From: an uncultured Clostridia bacterium
GTDB lineage: Bacteria; Bacillota; Clostridia; TANB77; CAG-508
NCBI GenBank assembly: GCA_948517135.1
Contig: CAORJJ010000001.1
Location: 1-61,518 of the forward strand
Direction: 5' to 3'
Length of the DNA: 61,518 nucleotides
The notes below the pieces were generated by a model, which was given only the letters and a program-made list of their open reading frames with translations, was not told the DNA's origin and ran no database searches. The position numbers and the translations under genes are program-made. Within the stretch, counting starts at the first letter, position 1. Every line of letters starts with the position of its first letter. Positions 43,646 to 52,270 of the stretch are shown here, in pieces.

Positions 43646-45472
43646 TTGAAGAGCGGATTTAAAACATTAGCCACATGGTTAATAATAGGATTAGTAATAC
43701 TTTGTGCTTTAAGTGGATTACTAGGAATGTCAGATAATAAAATTACTTATTCTGAACTTGTTACTAAAATATCATCAGGTGAAATTACTAAAATAGTAAT
43801 ATCAGCAGATGGAATATCTGTTACAGCATATTCAAATGGAAAAGACGAAACAAAAGCTACAAAAGCAGATATTAGTACATCAAGCATTCCAAGTATAGAT
43901 TCATTTATGGAACAAATTTCAGAAAATATAGTAAGTGGACAAATAGAAGTTGAACAAACAGAAGAATCTTTTTTTGTAGAAATACTTAGTTTAATTTCTC
44001 CAGTACTTTTACTATTAATTTTCTTATTATTTAGTTTTGCTATAATGAATCCAAATCAAGGTGGAAATAAATCAATGACATTTGGAAAAAGCAAAGCTAG
44101 AGTACTTAATACAACAGATAGTAATAAAACAAAAATAACATTTAAAGATGTTGCAGGTATAACAGAAGAAAAAGAAGAGCTTGCTGAGATAGTAGAATTT
44201 CTAAAATCACCAAAGAAATTTACAGATATGGGAGCAAGAATTCCAAAAGGAGTTTTACTTGTTGGTCAACCAGGTACTGGTAAAACATTACTTGCAAAAG
44301 CAGTTGCAGGTGAGGCAGGTGTTCCTTTCTTTATTATAAGTGGTTCTGATTTTGTAGAAATGTTTGTTGGTGTTGGTGCTTCAAGAGTTAGAGATTTATT
44401 TGAACAAGCAAAAAAGAACTCTCCTTGTATTATATTTATAGATGAAATTGACGCAGTTGGTCGTCAAAGAGGTGCAGGACTAGGTGGAGGACATGATGAA
44501 AGAGAACAAACATTAAATCAATTATTAGTTGAAATGGATGGATTCTCAGCAAATGAAGGAGTTATAGTTATTGCAGCTACAAACAGACCAGATGTATTAG
44601 ATAAAGCATTATTAAGAGCAGGTAGATTTGATAGACAAATAGTTGTTGGAGCACCAGATGTTAAAGCAAGAGAAGAAATATTAAATGTACATGCAAGAAA
44701 GAAGAAATTAGCAGATGATGTTGAATTATCAACAATTGCTAAAAATACAGCAGGATTTGTTGGTGCAGATTTAGAAAATATTTTAAATGAAGCAGCTTTA
44801 CTTGCTGCAAGAAGAGACAAAGTAGAAATAGGAATGGCAGAAATTGAAGATGCAATGATAAAAGTTACAATGGGACCTGAAAAGAAAACAAGAGTAATAA
44901 GTGATAAAGAGAAAAAACTTGTTGCATTCCATGAAGCTGGTCATGCTGTTGCAAGTCACTTCTTAGAAACACAAGATGATGTACATCAAATTTCAATAAT
45001 TCCAAGAGGAATGGCTGGTGGTTATACAATGTATAGACCATCTGAAGATAGATCTTTTATGAGTAAATCAGAAATGGAAGAACAAATTATATCATTGTTA
45101 GGTGGTAGAGTAGCAGAAGCTTTAGTTTTAGGAGATATTTCTACTGGAGCAAGTAATGATATTGAAAGAGCTTCAAAAATTGCAAGAGCTATGGTTACAA
45201 AATATGGTATGAGTGAAAGATTAGGAGCTATTACTTTTGGTTCAGGACAAGAAGAGGTATTTTTAGGAAGAGATTTTACTCAACAAAAGAACTTTAGTGA
45301 AGAAACATCTGGATTAATAGATGAAGAAGTTAAAAGAATAATTGATACAGCATATAAGAGAACAGAAGACATTTTAAATGAGAATATGGGAAAACTTCAT
45401 AGTGTTGCAAATGTCTTATTAGAAAAGGAAAAGATAGATGGCGAAGAGTTTGAAGGAATAATGAATTCATAA
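43646..45472 (+). CDS. ftsH: ATP-dependent zinc metalloprotease FtsH
   Basis: 608 aa with Walker A GQPGTGKT, the SRH region and Zn site HEAGHAV. TTG start 8 nt after GGGAGG. Confidence 0.96.
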   Translation: MKSGFKTLATWLIIGLVILCALSGLLGMSDNKITYSELVTKISSGEITKIVISADGISVTAYSNGKDETKATKADISTSSIPSIDSFMEQISENIVSGQIEVEQTEESFFVEILSLISPVLLLLIFLLFSFAIMNPNQGGNKSMTFGKSKARVLNTTDSNKTKITFKDVAGITEEKEELAEIVEFLKSPKKFTDMGARIPKGVLLVGQPGTGKTLLAKAVAGEAGVPFFIISGSDFVEMFVGVGASRVRDLFEQAKKNSPCIIFIDEIDAVGRQRGAGLGGGHDEREQTLNQLLVEMDGFSANEGVIVIAATNRPDVLDKALLRAGRFDRQIVVGAPDVKAREEILNVHARKKKLADDVELSTIAKNTAGFVGADLENILNEAALLAARRDKVEIGMAEIEDAMIKVTMGPEKKTRVISDKEKKLVAFHEAGHAVASHFLETQDDVHQISIIPRGMAGGYTMYRPSEDRSFMSKSEMEEQIISLLGGRVAEALVLGDISTGASNDIERASKIARAMVTKYGMSERLGAITFGSGQEEVFLGRDFTQQKNFSEETSGLIDEEVKRIIDTAYKRTEDILNENMGKLHSVANVLLEKEKIDGEEFEGIMNS

Positions 45473-45507
45473 ACTACTAGAAATCTAATCTAATTAAATA
45501 CTAAAGC

Positions 45508-45541
45508 AAAAAGCGGAGAAACCAAAGTTCCTCCGCTTTTT
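45508..45541. terminator. Bidirectional terminator between ftsH and the islet
   Basis: Stem AAAAGCGGAG (45509-45518) / CTCCGCTTTT (45531-45540). A-run and T-run flanks. Confidence 0.8.
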
Positions 45542-45548
45542 GTAGTTC

Positions 45549-46115
45549 TTAATTGCTTAATGCATCTTCAATTGTTCCAGTTATTGCTTTTATTGGAACA
45601 CCCAAATCCATAAGACTATGGATTGATGCTGACAGCTTATTAAGTTGCTTATTGATGTGGTCAACATTTTTCTGCTTTTTATTGGCCACAACGTCATTGA
45701 AGTTGATGAAGCGCTTGTCAGAAAAGATGTTAAGCCTCTGGCAGTAAGTGTAAGCTCCTTGCCCAACGACTACACCGATTTCATAACCAATGCCATTGAA
45801 TTGAATGTACACATGAGATTCATGTGCATCTTCAGAATACACAGGCAGAAAGTTATTATCGGCGTATTTTGCAATTCCATTAAAAAAGGAACATAAATTG
45901 TGGACATTTTCGGAGTCAATTGCTGAAAGTTTTTCTGGATCATAAAGCCAAGAATCGTCACTAAACCCATGATTTTTAGCTGTGAATTCTTCCAGCCAAA
46001 GCATATACTTGGTGTTAGAAACGAGTTTCTTAGCTTTCTCCTCAGAGTTAATTAATTCCTGCAATACTTCGTTTACTGCATTTTCAATAGCGCTTTCCCG
46101 AATACTACTGTTCAT
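45549..46115 (-). CDS. Hypothetical protein (188 aa), foreign composition, second gene of a two-gene operon
   Basis: Long ORF with GGAGG 7 nt upstream of the ATG. G+C is clearly above the native level (28/60 at 45721-45780). No TM segments and no motif recognised. Confidence 0.7.
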   Translation of the reverse strand: MNSSIRESAIENAVNEVLQELINSEEKAKKLVSNTKYMLWLEEFTAKNHGFSDDSWLYDPEKLSAIDSENVHNLCSFFNGIAKYADNNFLPVYSEDAHESHVYIQFNGIGYEIGVVVGQGAYTYCQRLNIFSDKRFINFNDVVANKKQKNVDHINKQLNKLSASIHSLMDLGVPIKAITGTIEDALSN

Positions 46116-46138
46116 AAATCTACCTCCATGTTTTTGAA

Positions 46139-46417
46139 TTAGTTGTACCGTTCATCAAAGAAAAGTATGAACTGGTAAATTGTGTTGTCAGGTTCGTAAG
46201 TTGCATAATGGTTGTTACCGATGTTGTTAGAACTGGGTGGAAACTTACTATACATTGGCTTAGTACCCAAAAGATTAGAACAAATAAATAGTAGAGGATA
46301 GACAGAAGATGATTTTATAGAATTGATTTTTTCCTCAAGTTTTTTTGCTATTTCTGCTGGGTTACTATTAGATGGTGGATTTTCATCAACAATATCTACG
46401 TATTCGACTTTTGTCAT
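46139..46417 (-). CDS. Hypothetical protein (92 aa), first gene of the two-gene operon
   Basis: ORF with GGAGG SD, ending 23 nt before the 188-aa gene start. Uses a CGG Arg codon (46148-46150). No family recognised. Confidence 0.6.
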   Translation of the reverse strand: MTKVEYVDIVDENPPSNSNPAEIAKKLEEKINSIKSSSVYPLLFICSNLLGTKPMYSKFPPSSNNIGNNHYATYEPDNTIYQFILFFDERYN

Positions 46418-46474
46418 ATAAATACCTCCAAAATTATTTGAAAATACACGTTAACGAGTTACAAAACACATTTA

Positions 46475-46546
46475 ATTATAACAAAAATTTACTTGATTTG
46501 CAATAGTATACATAATATTGCAAATAGATTTGTTTTTTGATATAAT
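46475..46546. promoter_or_regulatory. Back-to-back divergent promoters sharing a perfect 10-bp inverted repeat (operator)
   Basis: Inverted repeat ATTTGCAATA (46496-46505) / TATTGCAAAT (46516-46525). + promoter: TTGCAA 46518-46523, 17 nt, TGATATAAT 46538-46546. - promoter: TTGCAA 46498-46503, 17 nt, TGTTATAAT (complement of 46475-46483). Confidence 0.7.
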
Positions 46547-46614
46547 ATATAAGATATTTTTATAGTGATGATACAATTTTTTATAAGTAAATACTTGTAT
46601 GAAAGGAGAATGTT

Positions 46615-47046
46615 TTGTTTACTATGTTCAAAATTCCAAAAGAAGTTATTAGAAAAAATAATCAGGCTATGCTTTATTCAGAAATTCTTTTAAAAAGTGG
46701 AATATTAACTCAATTCGAATTAAAGCGGATTGGAGATCTTTTTTCAGAATATCCAATACAGGAAGGGGAGTTAACAGTTCAGATAGTTAGTAGCAAAGAA
46801 AAGAAAAAGCGTATACGAAAATTGCTGACAAGTAATGAAAATTCTGAGAATGGAAATATTGAAGAACGAGTAATTGTACTATTTGGCAAGGTAAAGACGG
46901 GGTATTTTATATTCAATAATGGTGAAATGAAAGAGGTGAAAGCAAAATTTAGCAAGAAAGAAAAGTTTGCAGTAGCTTTTGTTAAAAAGATGTCAAATGG
47001 GAGAGAAACTGTTTTTAGTGAGAGGTTAGTTTTATATATTCCTTAA
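46615..47046 (+). CDS. Hypothetical protein (143 aa), divergent from the 92/188-aa operon
   Basis: TTG start 6 nt after AGGAG. Uses CGG (46726-46728), CGA and GCG codons that are atypical for native genes. No family recognised. Confidence 0.6.
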   Translation: MFTMFKIPKEVIRKNNQAMLYSEILLKSGILTQFELKRIGDLFSEYPIQEGELTVQIVSSKEKKKRIRKLLTSNENSENGNIEERVIVLFGKVKTGYFIFNNGEMKEVKAKFSKKEKFAVAFVKKMSNGRETVFSERLVLYIP

Positions 47047-47064
47047 GTAAGACTAAAAATGAGC

Positions 47065-47100
47065 AAACTCGGAGATGATTTATTATCTCCGAGTTTTGTT
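47065..47100. terminator. Bidirectional terminator between convergent islet genes
   Basis: Perfect 12-bp stem AAACTCGGAGAT (47065-47076) / ATCTCCGAGTTT (47085-47096) followed by TGTTTT. Confidence 0.85.
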
Positions 47101-47107
47101 TTGCTAA

Positions 47108-47713
47108 TTATAGCATGTACTTATTTTTGTGATATCCTTTTAATTTCCATACCTTTTTAATTTGTTCTTTTTCCAGTTCCCAAAATGTTGCTTGTACATA
47201 AGCTGACCGACTTACTATATCAGGAGAAAATATATTTTTCCAGCTGTTTTCTTTATAAGTGATTTTTTCTTCATCTGATAAATTTTCATAATATACATCT
47301 TCTTTATCTGTTTCGAGTTCCCATTCTTCGGATGAAATATTTTCTAATAAACTTGCTTTATAGAAAATGCCATCATTAAGAACTAAATGCCAATGATCAA
47401 AATCAGAGAGTAATACTTTGTTATCTTGTATTTCAATTTCCATAAGAACTGATTCTTCAAATACTCTCATTCCTATTGTTCTCATATCAGGTCTCCGATT
47501 TTTTCCATCAACACGATACCAAGCCCATACAGGAAAAGTTATATCAGCAGATGGATTACCAACTCGATTTTTCATTTCATTAGAAATCCATTTGTAAGCA
47601 TTTATAAAAGAATCCTCCTCTAAAAGAGAACTTAAATGTGGATTACATTTATAAATGCCAGTTGCAGTAAGTGTTTCATAAACATTATAAGGCTGAACTG
47701 TCCATAATTGCAT
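47108..47713 (-). CDS. Hypothetical protein, DUF3841-like (from memory only)
   Basis: 201 aa from ATG 47713 (AAGGAG 8 nt upstream). The N-terminal MQLWTVQP..VYE.L...G.Y recalls DUF3841 proteins. Two in-frame CGG codons (47207-09, 47495-97). Confidence 0.65.
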   Translation of the reverse strand: MQLWTVQPYNVYETLTATGIYKCNPHLSSLLEEDSFINAYKWISNEMKNRVGNPSADITFPVWAWYRVDGKNRRPDMRTIGMRVFEESVLMEIEIQDNKVLLSDFDHWHLVLNDGIFYKASLLENISSEEWELETDKEDVYYENLSDEEKITYKENSWKNIFSPDIVSRSAYVQATFWELEKEQIKKVWKLKGYHKNKYML

Positions 47714-47760
47714 AAGATATCTCCTTAAAATATAAACATTGATATTCAATTGCAATGATT

Positions 47761-47789
47761 ATTATAACACATCCTTTAAGTTATGTAAA
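47761..47789 (-). promoter_or_regulatory. Promoter of the DUF3841-like gene
   Basis: On the minus strand: TTTACA (complement of 47784-47789), 17-nt spacer, extended -10 TGTTATAAT (complement of 47761-47769). Confidence 0.6.
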
Positions 47790-47813
47790 CATTGAGCATA
47801 TTAATTATTAAAT

Positions 47814-47844
47814 AAAAAAAACAGCAGATTTGGATTTCTGCTGT
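47814..47844 (-). terminator. Rho-independent terminator of tRNA-Lys
   Basis: Stem ACAGCAGA (47821-47828) / TCTGCTGT (47837-47844). On the minus strand it is followed by a 7-U run (A-run 47814-47820). Confidence 0.85.
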
Positions 47845-47846
47845 TT

Positions 47847-47922
47847 TGGTGCGCCATCGCGGGATCGAACCGCGGACCTTCTGATTAAGAGTCAGCTGCT
47901 CTACCAGCTGAGCTAATAGCGC
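47847..47922 (-). tRNA. tRNA-Lys (anticodon CUU)
   Basis: The reverse complement folds as a cloverleaf. Acceptor GCGCUAU/AUGGCGC, D-arm AGCUCAGCUGGUAGAGC, anticodon loop CUCUUAA, T-arm CGCGGUUCGAUCCCGCG. CCA is encoded. Confidence 0.93.
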
Positions 47923-48055
47923 ATGGTGTTTATTCAACAATGATTATTATAAATCAAAAATAGCGATTTTGTCAAGATAATAATAATTTTATGTATAAAA
48001 AAATAAAAAATAGAAATAATAAATCCTAAAAGTACTTAGGAAAGGATGGTTTTTT

Positions 48056-48241
48056 ATGGCAACATTAAATCAAATGGAATTACAAAATTTACGTCATTTT
48101 ATTGGAGAACAAGAAAATTCATATTGTAAATTTACACATTATGCAGATACTGCAGTAGATCCACAAATTAAACAGATTTTAAACAAAGCTGCACAAGATT
48201 GTTTAAATTCTAAACAAAAATTAATATCATTTTTAGGTTAA
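48056..48241 (+). CDS. Small spore-coat-associated protein (CotF-partner-like)
   Basis: 61 aa with SD AAAGGATGG. Translationally adjacent to the CotF-like gene. Tentative. Confidence 0.5.
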   Translation: MATLNQMELQNLRHFIGEQENSYCKFTHYADTAVDPQIKQILNKAAQDCLNSKQKLISFLG

Positions 48242-48251
48242 GGAGGAAAAA

Positions 48252-48500
48252 ATGGAAGAGAAATCAATAGTTAATGATGTTTTATCATCAACAAAATCTT
48301 CTTTAAAAGACTATGAAGGAGCAATAATTGAAACTGCTAATATGGAACTTAGACAAACATTTCAAAATTTGAGAAATTCTTCAGAGAGTTTTCAATATGA
48401 ATTATTTAAGCTTGCAGAATCAAAAGGATATTATACTCCTGCTCAAAATGCAACACCAGAAGAAATATCAAAAGTAAAAACAGAAGTATCAAATTCATAA
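48252..48500 (+). CDS. Spore coat protein F (Coat_F domain) family
   Basis: 82 aa. The pattern ..NDVLSS.K.....Y..AI.E.AN..LR..F......S...QYELF......GYY matches Coat_F. Confidence 0.7.
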   Translation: MEEKSIVNDVLSSTKSSLKDYEGAIIETANMELRQTFQNLRNSSESFQYELFKLAESKGYYTPAQNATPEEISKVKTEVSNS

Positions 48501-48510
48501 AAAATTTTTT

Positions 48511-48544
48511 GTGGCATTAACTCTAAGAGCTATGCCACTTTTTT
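48511..48544 (+). terminator. Rho-independent terminator
   Basis: Stem GTGGCAT (48511-48517) / ATGCCAC (48532-48538) followed by TTTTTT. Confidence 0.75.
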
Positions 48545-48624
48545 AAATTTTATATAATAAAATGCTCTTGACATTACAAATTAAATATTATAATCTATAT
48601 GTAAATTAAAGTACAAAGGGGTGA

Positions 48625-49605
48625 TTGGCAATTACTAATATTTTTAAAAACATTGTAATCTGTTTAAGAGCATGGATAAAATGGATTGTTGTGCTTCTTA
48701 TAGGACTTGCAATCATAGGATTTATAGTTTTTGTCGTGTATAAGCCAATGTACAGTGTAACATTAGAAGGTGAATTTATAGGTTATACAGAAGACAGAAG
48801 TAAACTTCAGAAAAAGCTAAATAAGTACTTAAATGAGGGTGATGATAAAACAATTGCTTTCGTAGATGTAGAAACATTACCAGAGTATAAGCTTTGTTTA
48901 CTACAAAAAGGGCTTACAGCTAATGATGATGAAATATTTAGCAAAGTAGTTAGTTCAGGTATACCATATTACAAGTATTATGCTATATCAGAAAATAATG
49001 AAGAAAAATATTATGTACAAACTTATGAAGAAGCAAATTCAATTATAGAAGAACTAAAAACTCAAAACAGCCAAAACAAAGACTCTGTTACATATACTTT
49101 AAAATACACAACAGATTTAAAAGAATTTTCAAATAAAGAAACTGCAGTTGCAGCATTATATAAGAAGATGCCTGTGGTAAAGAAAAAAACTAAAGTTGTT
49201 ACAGCTAAGAATATAGATAATTCAACATCAGCATTAGGAATTGCTTTAGCACAGCCAGTATCAGGAACAATTACATCTAGATTTGGTAGAAGAAGCAGTG
49301 GAATGCATACAGGATTAGATATAGCAGCATCAGCAGGAACACCAATAAAAGCAGCATCAGCAGGAACAGTAATACAAGCTGGATATAAAGGGTCATATGG
49401 AAACTTAGTAGTAGTAGCACATACAGATTCAATACAAACATACTATGCTCATTGTAGCAGATTATATGTTAATGTTGGAGAAACTGTTAATCAAGGTGAG
49501 GTAATAGCAGCAGTTGGTTCAACAGGTAATTCAACAGGACCACATTTGCATTTAGAAATTCGTGTAAACGGAAATGCAAGAAATCCACAAAGTTATTTAT
49601 ACTAG
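48625..49605 (+). CDS. M23 family metallopeptidase (LytM-type)
   Basis: 326 aa with a TM anchor. C-terminal motifs HTGLDIAA, GTPI.AA..G.V and GSTGNSTGPHLHLEIR. Confidence 0.9.
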   Translation: MAITNIFKNIVICLRAWIKWIVVLLIGLAIIGFIVFVVYKPMYSVTLEGEFIGYTEDRSKLQKKLNKYLNEGDDKTIAFVDVETLPEYKLCLLQKGLTANDDEIFSKVVSSGIPYYKYYAISENNEEKYYVQTYEEANSIIEELKTQNSQNKDSVTYTLKYTTDLKEFSNKETAVAALYKKMPVVKKKTKVVTAKNIDNSTSALGIALAQPVSGTITSRFGRRSSGMHTGLDIAASAGTPIKAASAGTVIQAGYKGSYGNLVVVAHTDSIQTYYAHCSRLYVNVGETVNQGEVIAAVGSTGNSTGPHLHLEIRVNGNARNPQSYLY

Positions 49606-49610
49606 AAATT

Positions 49611-49637
49611 AGAAGAAGGCGAAAGCCTTCTTTTTTT
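49611..49637 (+). terminator. Rho-independent terminator
   Basis: Stem AGAAGGC (49614-49620) / GCCTTCT (49625-49631) with a GAAA loop, followed by TTTTTT. Confidence 0.85.
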
Positions 49638-49827
49638 ACTTTATAATTATCATATCGTCCACTTTTGTTCTTATGTTAGAATGAAGAAATTCTAAAAGAA
49701 CTTTTATTATAAAAAAACTATATAAATTACTTGAAAATTTACATGTATCAAGATATAATATAACAGTATAAATTTAGATTTCCGTAAATAAAAAAATATT
49801 TTGTAAAAAATACATATGGGGGTAAAT

Positions 49828-50085
49828 ATGGCAACAAAAGAAAAAAATTTTTGGATACTATTAGTATTTCTATTATCTGGACTAGTTGTAGGAGGTTTAC
49901 TTGGAATATTAGCAGAAGGAATTAATTGGCTATGGTGGCTAACTTATGGCCAAAGTTTTGGAATTACTAGTCCCGTAACATTAGATTTAAGTGTCTTAAA
50001 GATAACTTTTAGTTTTATGATAAAAATAAATATAGCAAGTATTTTAGGAATGGCGATATCAATTCTTATATATAGAAAAATTTAA
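49828..50085 (+). CDS. DUF4321-like small membrane protein
   Basis: 85 aa from ATG 49828 (GGGGG SD). Two TM helices. Position upstream of radC/mre as in other Clostridia. Confidence 0.6.
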   Translation: MATKEKNFWILLVFLLSGLVVGGLLGILAEGINWLWWLTYGQSFGITSPVTLDLSVLKITFSFMIKINIASILGMAISILIYRKI

Positions 50086-50116
50086 TTTAGGCATAAAGGC
50101 AGACAGAAAGGAAAAA

Positions 50117-50804
50117 ATGGGTAATATAAAAGATATACCAACTTCTGAGAGACCATATGAAAAAATGCTTATGTATGGTGAATCAGCTCTTACAAACAGT
50201 GAGCTTCTGTCTATAATAATAAAAACAGGTACAAAAGAGAAATCTTCAATAGAAATTGCTCAGGAGATTATGAGCAAAAATATAGATTATTCAAATAGTT
50301 TAAGATTTTTGCAAACAATTTCAATTCAAGAATTAAGTGAAATTAATGGAATTGGAACAGTAAAAGCAATAGAGCTTAAAGCTGTTGGAGAAATTGCAAA
50401 AAGAATATCAAAACCTTTAAAAATAAATAGATTAAAAATAAAAACTAGAGATGATGTTGTTAATCTTTTTATGGAAGAACTTCAAAATGAAAAGAATGAA
50501 GTTTTAAAAATTGTAATGTTGGATAATAAAAATATTGTAAAAAGAATTTCCTGTATAGCAGTAGGAAATGAAAATAATATTTTTACAAACATAAAGGCAA
50601 TTTTATCTGAACCAATTAAGAATCAGATTCCTAAAATTATTTTAATACATAATCATCCAAGTCGGAAATCCAATGCCAAGTAAAGAAGATATTGAATTTA
50701 CAAAGAAAATTTATAATGCTACAAAACTTGTAGATATAACATTACTAGATCATATAATTATTGGCGATGGAATATATCAAAATGTTGAAATAAATGGTTT
50801 ATAG
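50117..50804 (+). pseudogene. radC: radC (JAMM-family) interrupted by a 1-nt insertion (C at 50663)
   Basis: The zero frame ends ...IHNHPSRKSNAK* at 50683. Skipping C50663 gives [20 protein letters not shown]...[10 protein letters not shown]..* ending at 50804. This is the canonical RadC HNHPSG..PS..D motif and C-terminus. Confidence 0.85.
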
Positions 50805-50842
50805 GTATCCCAAACCTAAATAATTTTTTAAGGAAGATATTA

Positions 50843-51658
50843 ATGAATAGAAATAAACAAACTGAAATTTTAGGTGGAATTATAACTGCCATTATTTTAA
50901 TATTGTTAATTTTTCTTTCAAATGTTGAAACAAATAAATTAACTTATTTAGAAAGTGTAGCAAGTGCTATAATAAATCCTATACAAAGAATTACAACAGA
51001 TATTAAAAATAAGATTCAGGGGAATAGTGCGTATTTTTCTAATATGGATAATATTATAGCAGAAAACGAAGCTTTAAGAGAGAAGAATAGTCAATTAGAA
51101 ACAGAATTAAGAGAACTTGAAGTAATTAAAGCAGAAAATAATACATTAAAAGAACATATGAATTTATTTGAAAAATATTCTGAATACAATACAATTCCAG
51201 CTTATGTAATAAATAGAGATGTAAGTAACTTTAGTAGTACATTGGTTTTAAATGTTGGTGCAAATGATGGAATTAGTGAAAAAATGACAGTTATCGCTGA
51301 TAAAGGTTTAGTTGGATATGTTATTTCAGTAACAGATAAAACTTGTAAAGTACAAGTTATAATAGATTCAGCTTCCACAGTAAGTTCTACAATAAGTACA
51401 ACTTCAGAAAGTATAATTTGTAAAGGAACTCTTGAAAATGATCAAGTTTTAAGAGCATCATATATTCCAACAGGAGCAGAATTAATTCAAGGAGATAATG
51501 TTTATACATCAGGAATTGGTGGGATATATCAAAAAGGGATAATAATAGGAACAATAAAAGAAATTATTACAACAAACAATCTTACAGATAGATATGCAAT
51601 TGTTGAGCCAGCAGTAGATTTTTCAAAAATAGATACTGTACTTGTAATAAAAAACTAA
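50843..51658 (+). CDS. mreC: Rod shape-determining protein MreC
   Basis: 271 aa with a TM anchor, a coiled coil (ENEALREKNSQLETELRELE) and beta-barrel domains ending G.IYQKG..IG.I. Confidence 0.88.
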   Translation: MNRNKQTEILGGIITAIILILLIFLSNVETNKLTYLESVASAIINPIQRITTDIKNKIQGNSAYFSNMDNIIAENEALREKNSQLETELRELEVIKAENNTLKEHMNLFEKYSEYNTIPAYVINRDVSNFSSTLVLNVGANDGISEKMTVIADKGLVGYVISVTDKTCKVQVIIDSASTVSSTISTTSESIICKGTLENDQVLRASYIPTGAELIQGDNVYTSGIGGIYQKGIIIGTIKEIITTNNLTDRYAIVEPAVDFSKIDTVLVIKN

Positions 51659-51703
51659 GTTTATAGGAGTTCAAAAACCTAAATATATTTTGATGGAGTT
51701 AAA

Positions 51704-52237
51704 ATGAGAAAATTAGCAATAGTAATAAGTTTAATTTTAATGTTTTTCTTAACATACTTTTTTCAAGTTAATATATTTTCTTATTTTACAATAGCTGGAA
51801 TCAGTCCAAATTTGTTTATTATATATATTTTATTTATAGGCTTATATGCAACACAATTTTTAGGCATTTCATTTGGAGTTATTTTTGGTTTAATATTAGA
51901 TTTAATATTTGGAAGAACAATAGGTATTTCAGCTGTAATGCTTTGTGTAGTTGCATATTTAGGATCATACTTTGATAAGAATTTTTCAAAAGAAAGTAGA
52001 CTAACAATTATATTTATGGTTATTGGTTCAACTTTAATATATGAATTTGGAGCTTATTTTTTAAATTCAATTATATTAGAATTTAATAGAGAACTATTAT
52101 ATTTCACAAAAATAGTAGTAGTTGAAGTTTTGTACAATATTTTAATTACAATAATTATATATCCATTAATTCAAAAATTTGGATATATAATAGATAGAAA
52201 TTTAAAACACACAAATATATTAACAAGATATTTTTAG
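51704..52237 (+). CDS. mreD: Rod shape-determining protein MreD
   Basis: 177 aa with about 5 TM helices, directly downstream of mreC. Confidence 0.75.
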   Translation: MRKLAIVISLILMFFLTYFFQVNIFSYFTIAGISPNLFIIYILFIGLYATQFLGISFGVIFGLILDLIFGRTIGISAVMLCVVAYLGSYFDKNFSKESRLTIIFMVIGSTLIYEFGAYFLNSIILEFNRELLYFTKIVVVEVLYNILITIIIYPLIQKFGYIIDRNLKHTNILTRYF

Positions 52238-52270
52238 CAATAGATTTTTAACTTAAAGGAGGTGGAGTAG

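Noticed and set aside
45473-45548. Possible attL/attR direct repeat of the tRNA-Lys 3' end marking the islet as an integrative element.
   Set aside because: I found no copy of the tRNA 3' segment (TGGTGCGCCATCGCGGGATCG or its complement) near the ftsH-side boundary. There is no integrase. The islet is also separated from the tRNA by the tRNA's own terminator. I therefore do not call it a mobile element.
45553-45970. ORFs 45553-45747 (+), 45645-45896 (+) and 45770-45970 (-) overlapping the 188-aa islet gene.
   Set aside because: Same reason. They are spurious open frames in GC-richer DNA. The 188-aa frame is the only one with an SD and operon logic.
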